The notes below the pieces were generated by a model. That model was not told the origin of the DNA. It ran no database searches and was given only the letters and a program-made list of their open reading frames with translations. A stretch of 64,000 nucleotides of DNA from Azolla caroliniana (Eukaryota; Plantae; Polypodiophyta), in the NCBI GenBank assembly GCA_043228905.1, contig JBHGNT010000016.1, forward strand, positions 9,176,001 through 9,240,000, given 5' to 3'. Both the position numbers and the translations under genes were made by a program. Of this stretch, positions 61,536 through 64,000 are shown one piece after another; position 1 is the stretch's first letter; each line of letters begins with the position of its first letter.

Positions 61536-64000
61536 GTGCCATGGCACGTCGGACCCATCCCTTTAATCTTCTTCTAGAATGGCCCTGATGTTTGGCTCTA
61601 CTACGGTGTCTGTGTCCGGGGATGGCGTAGGGCCCGTATGTGCATCGCAGTGTCTTTCCCTTACTTGGTCAAGAGGGCTTCTCATGGTGTTGCGATCATC
61701 CTGTGTGGGCGGTCCGGGTTCTATGGGCTCTTCTTGGGTTAGGGGGTTTGGCTCAGCCGTCGGTGGGTTTGCGGTCGGTCACGGCTCCATTTCATCCGTC
61801 ACTTCCCCCGTGATGTCGACCGTTGTTGTACGCTCTAGGGAGTGGGGTTGCGGTTCCTCTTGGTCCGCAATGTTCTGCGTGTGGTCGGCCGATGGCATAT
61901 GCTTCGGTAGATGGGGTTCCTCTTGGGCAGTGGTTTCGCTGTCTGGTATTATGGGGAACTCCGTTCGTCGTTCCACGTTGTTCACCGTAGTTGTAATTTC
62001 TGGTGACCTGGCCTGAGGTTCCTCTTCTTCGGCAGTATCCGGAATTGGTGTCGCGATGGATTCCTCGTTTGTTCGCGTGCTGCCGGCTTGCGTGATCTGG
62101 TGAAACAGATCCTCTTGACTTTAACCAAACTCATCTAATAGTTGCGCGAGTTCTTCGGAATGTTGGTCCGCTAGCACACGGTAGTCCTGCGCTAGGTCCT
62201 CACGTACTGCCGCAATGCTTTCCTCATTCAATTTATAGAAGCCTCGGTCTTCTTTTCTCCAGTTCTCCTAGTCTGCTCGATACGCGTGCAATTCTGCCGC
62301 TTGGGCCACCCATGCCATCCATCCTTTGTCTAGCGTCGTTTTCAATTGCACTGTAAACCTCTCCCGATTCGTTTGTAGAAGGATACACACGTTGTCTATG
62401 ACAGCCTGGCAACGGTTGCGGGCTTCTTCCACAGCCTTCTTGAGGTTTGCAATTTCTTGCTGACTAACTACCACCGCTTCTTCATATGTGCTCTTCATAC
62501 CCGCCCACAGTTGGGCTTCCTTCGCATGTAGTTCTTCTAATTTCCCCATTTCATTGTTTAGGCGAATTTCGAGCTGATACCTTCTTTCTTGTTCGCCCAC
62601 CAGCTGCTCGTCGAACCATGCTTTCTTTTTCTCCAATAAGCCCCGGAGTCCCGCGACTGCCGCCTTCGATTTTTTCGCTTCCTCCTGTAATTGGGCGTTT
62701 TCTTCTTTTGTCCAGGTGTGCCGTGCTGTCTCTGCAGTGAGTTTCTCTTCAAGGGTTTTCACTGCCTTTCGGTCGTTGGCCCGGATGTCCTTTTCCCTGT
62801 CTGAGGACTGGCAAAGTTCAGCGCGGAGGCGGTCAATTTCTGATTCGGCTAGTTGTACAACCCTTTTCGCTTTTGAGGCAATGGCGGTCTGAGCCTCAAT
62901 CTCTTCCTTCAAGGCTTCGATGGCGTGGTTTAGAGGTGGAGCTACCTGTTGCGCCGTAGTCGCGTTATTTTCCAAATTCGTGATGCGTTCGTTGGCTTTT
63001 TGCAGCTCGGCTTGGGTCAGCTTAACCTTCTTCCAGATCTTCTTATTTTTTATTGCCATCTCCTTGGCACCCATGCTGACCTTTGCCAGTTCCCTATGAA
63101 CTTCGACTAGAGCCGCGTTTAATGGGGCAAGTTCCATCCCCATTAAGCGTATACCGGTGTTCCTCCATCTGCCGACTCTGGCTAACTGGTCTTCATCGTC
63201 GCTCTCCGTTGTTTCTGTTAAGGCGCACTCGATCATCTGGCGCTCCGCGTGCTCCTCGGCCATTCGTTGGGATACCTTTATCTGTTGCGTTGCCAAGAAT
63301 TCCATGAGCTCAAAATAGGTTCCGAACTGGAAAAGGGCGTTGAATTCATGGGTCGTGTCCGAGATATCCAGATATGCCAAAACCTCGCTTTCCACAGTCA
63401 AAACGGCTTTCCCTCATTGTGATTGGGCCGTAATGATCGGTCGTGGCTCCTGGATTATTTTGAAAGTGGTGGTGGGATCCGTAGCTACGGGGCCGTCACC
63501 TACAGTCGTAGTCTCCATCGCCGCGGGTACGTCTTTAACTAATCCACGCCCATCTTTCTTGTCCAATCTCCGCCGTTTCGGCCTGGAGCTTTCCTGCCGT
63601 GGTTTGGCATCTGGCTCTGGTGCCGCTTCCTCGGAGCACGCCGCCTGCTCTTCCAGCGTTGTCCGTGTGTCCGGTTGGGTGGGTTCGGGTTCATCCTCCC
63701 ACTCTATGGTGGCTAACTCCACTAACCTGCGCTTCGCAGATCGAGGCGGCGGCGTGGGCCTGCTGGGATGCGGTGCCGGCGAGCCTCGGGGTGGGAATAG
63801 TACCGTCAGGTACTGTTGTATGATAGGCCTGAGCTTCTTGCCTCCTTGATACGCATGCAGGCCTTCCCTTAACATCGGCCCCGTGATGACCCCCCAATCG
63901 ACCGTACACCCTTCCAAGGTATCAATAATGATACCTACCTTCTGCTTGGGCATCCCATATGCGTTTACGTGTATGCATCCGACTTCTAATAAGAACTTGG
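61536..64000 (-). mobile_element. 3' internal region (accessory ORF) of a second G2 unit sharing LTR 61067-61535
   Basis: ORFs 62268-63401 and 63414-63953 are paralogous to 48383-50200. Confidence 0.85.

Overview
Eukaryotic, almost entirely transposable-element DNA; the element mix points to a non-seed land plant such as a bryophyte, lycophyte or fern (inference). No intact host gene is evident. The oldest layer is a degenerate DDD transposase with a DFAENY motif (Sola2-like), split between 10.1-10.7 kb and 35.9-36.1 kb, plus a spliced pseudogene carrying an intronic AGCTAATTAGCT satellite. Nested in this are: (i) three families of chromodomain Ty3/gypsy elements (Tcn1/Tf1-sushi-like; A at 3.6-9.4 kb, B in two tandem copies at 22.2-31.6 kb, C fragment at 42.3-42.7 kb); (ii) three non-chromovirus gypsy families (G1 at 10.7-35.9 kb, G2 at 36.1-37.8 and 47.7-64 kb, G3 at 42.7-44.8 kb) that share a conserved accessory ORF after pol; (iii) three Tork/Tnt1-like copia elements; (iv) an RTE/RTEX-like LINE; (v) a 300-bp MITE. 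Most notable: all three chromovirus LTR families share a modular layout of an antisense tRNA-like Pol III A-box/B-box cassette, heat-shock-element arrays and a TATA box, and in A and B the predicted transcript 5' end is complementary to the PBS (self-priming). Family B also carries its gag-PR-RT' block inverted between two copies of the PBS.
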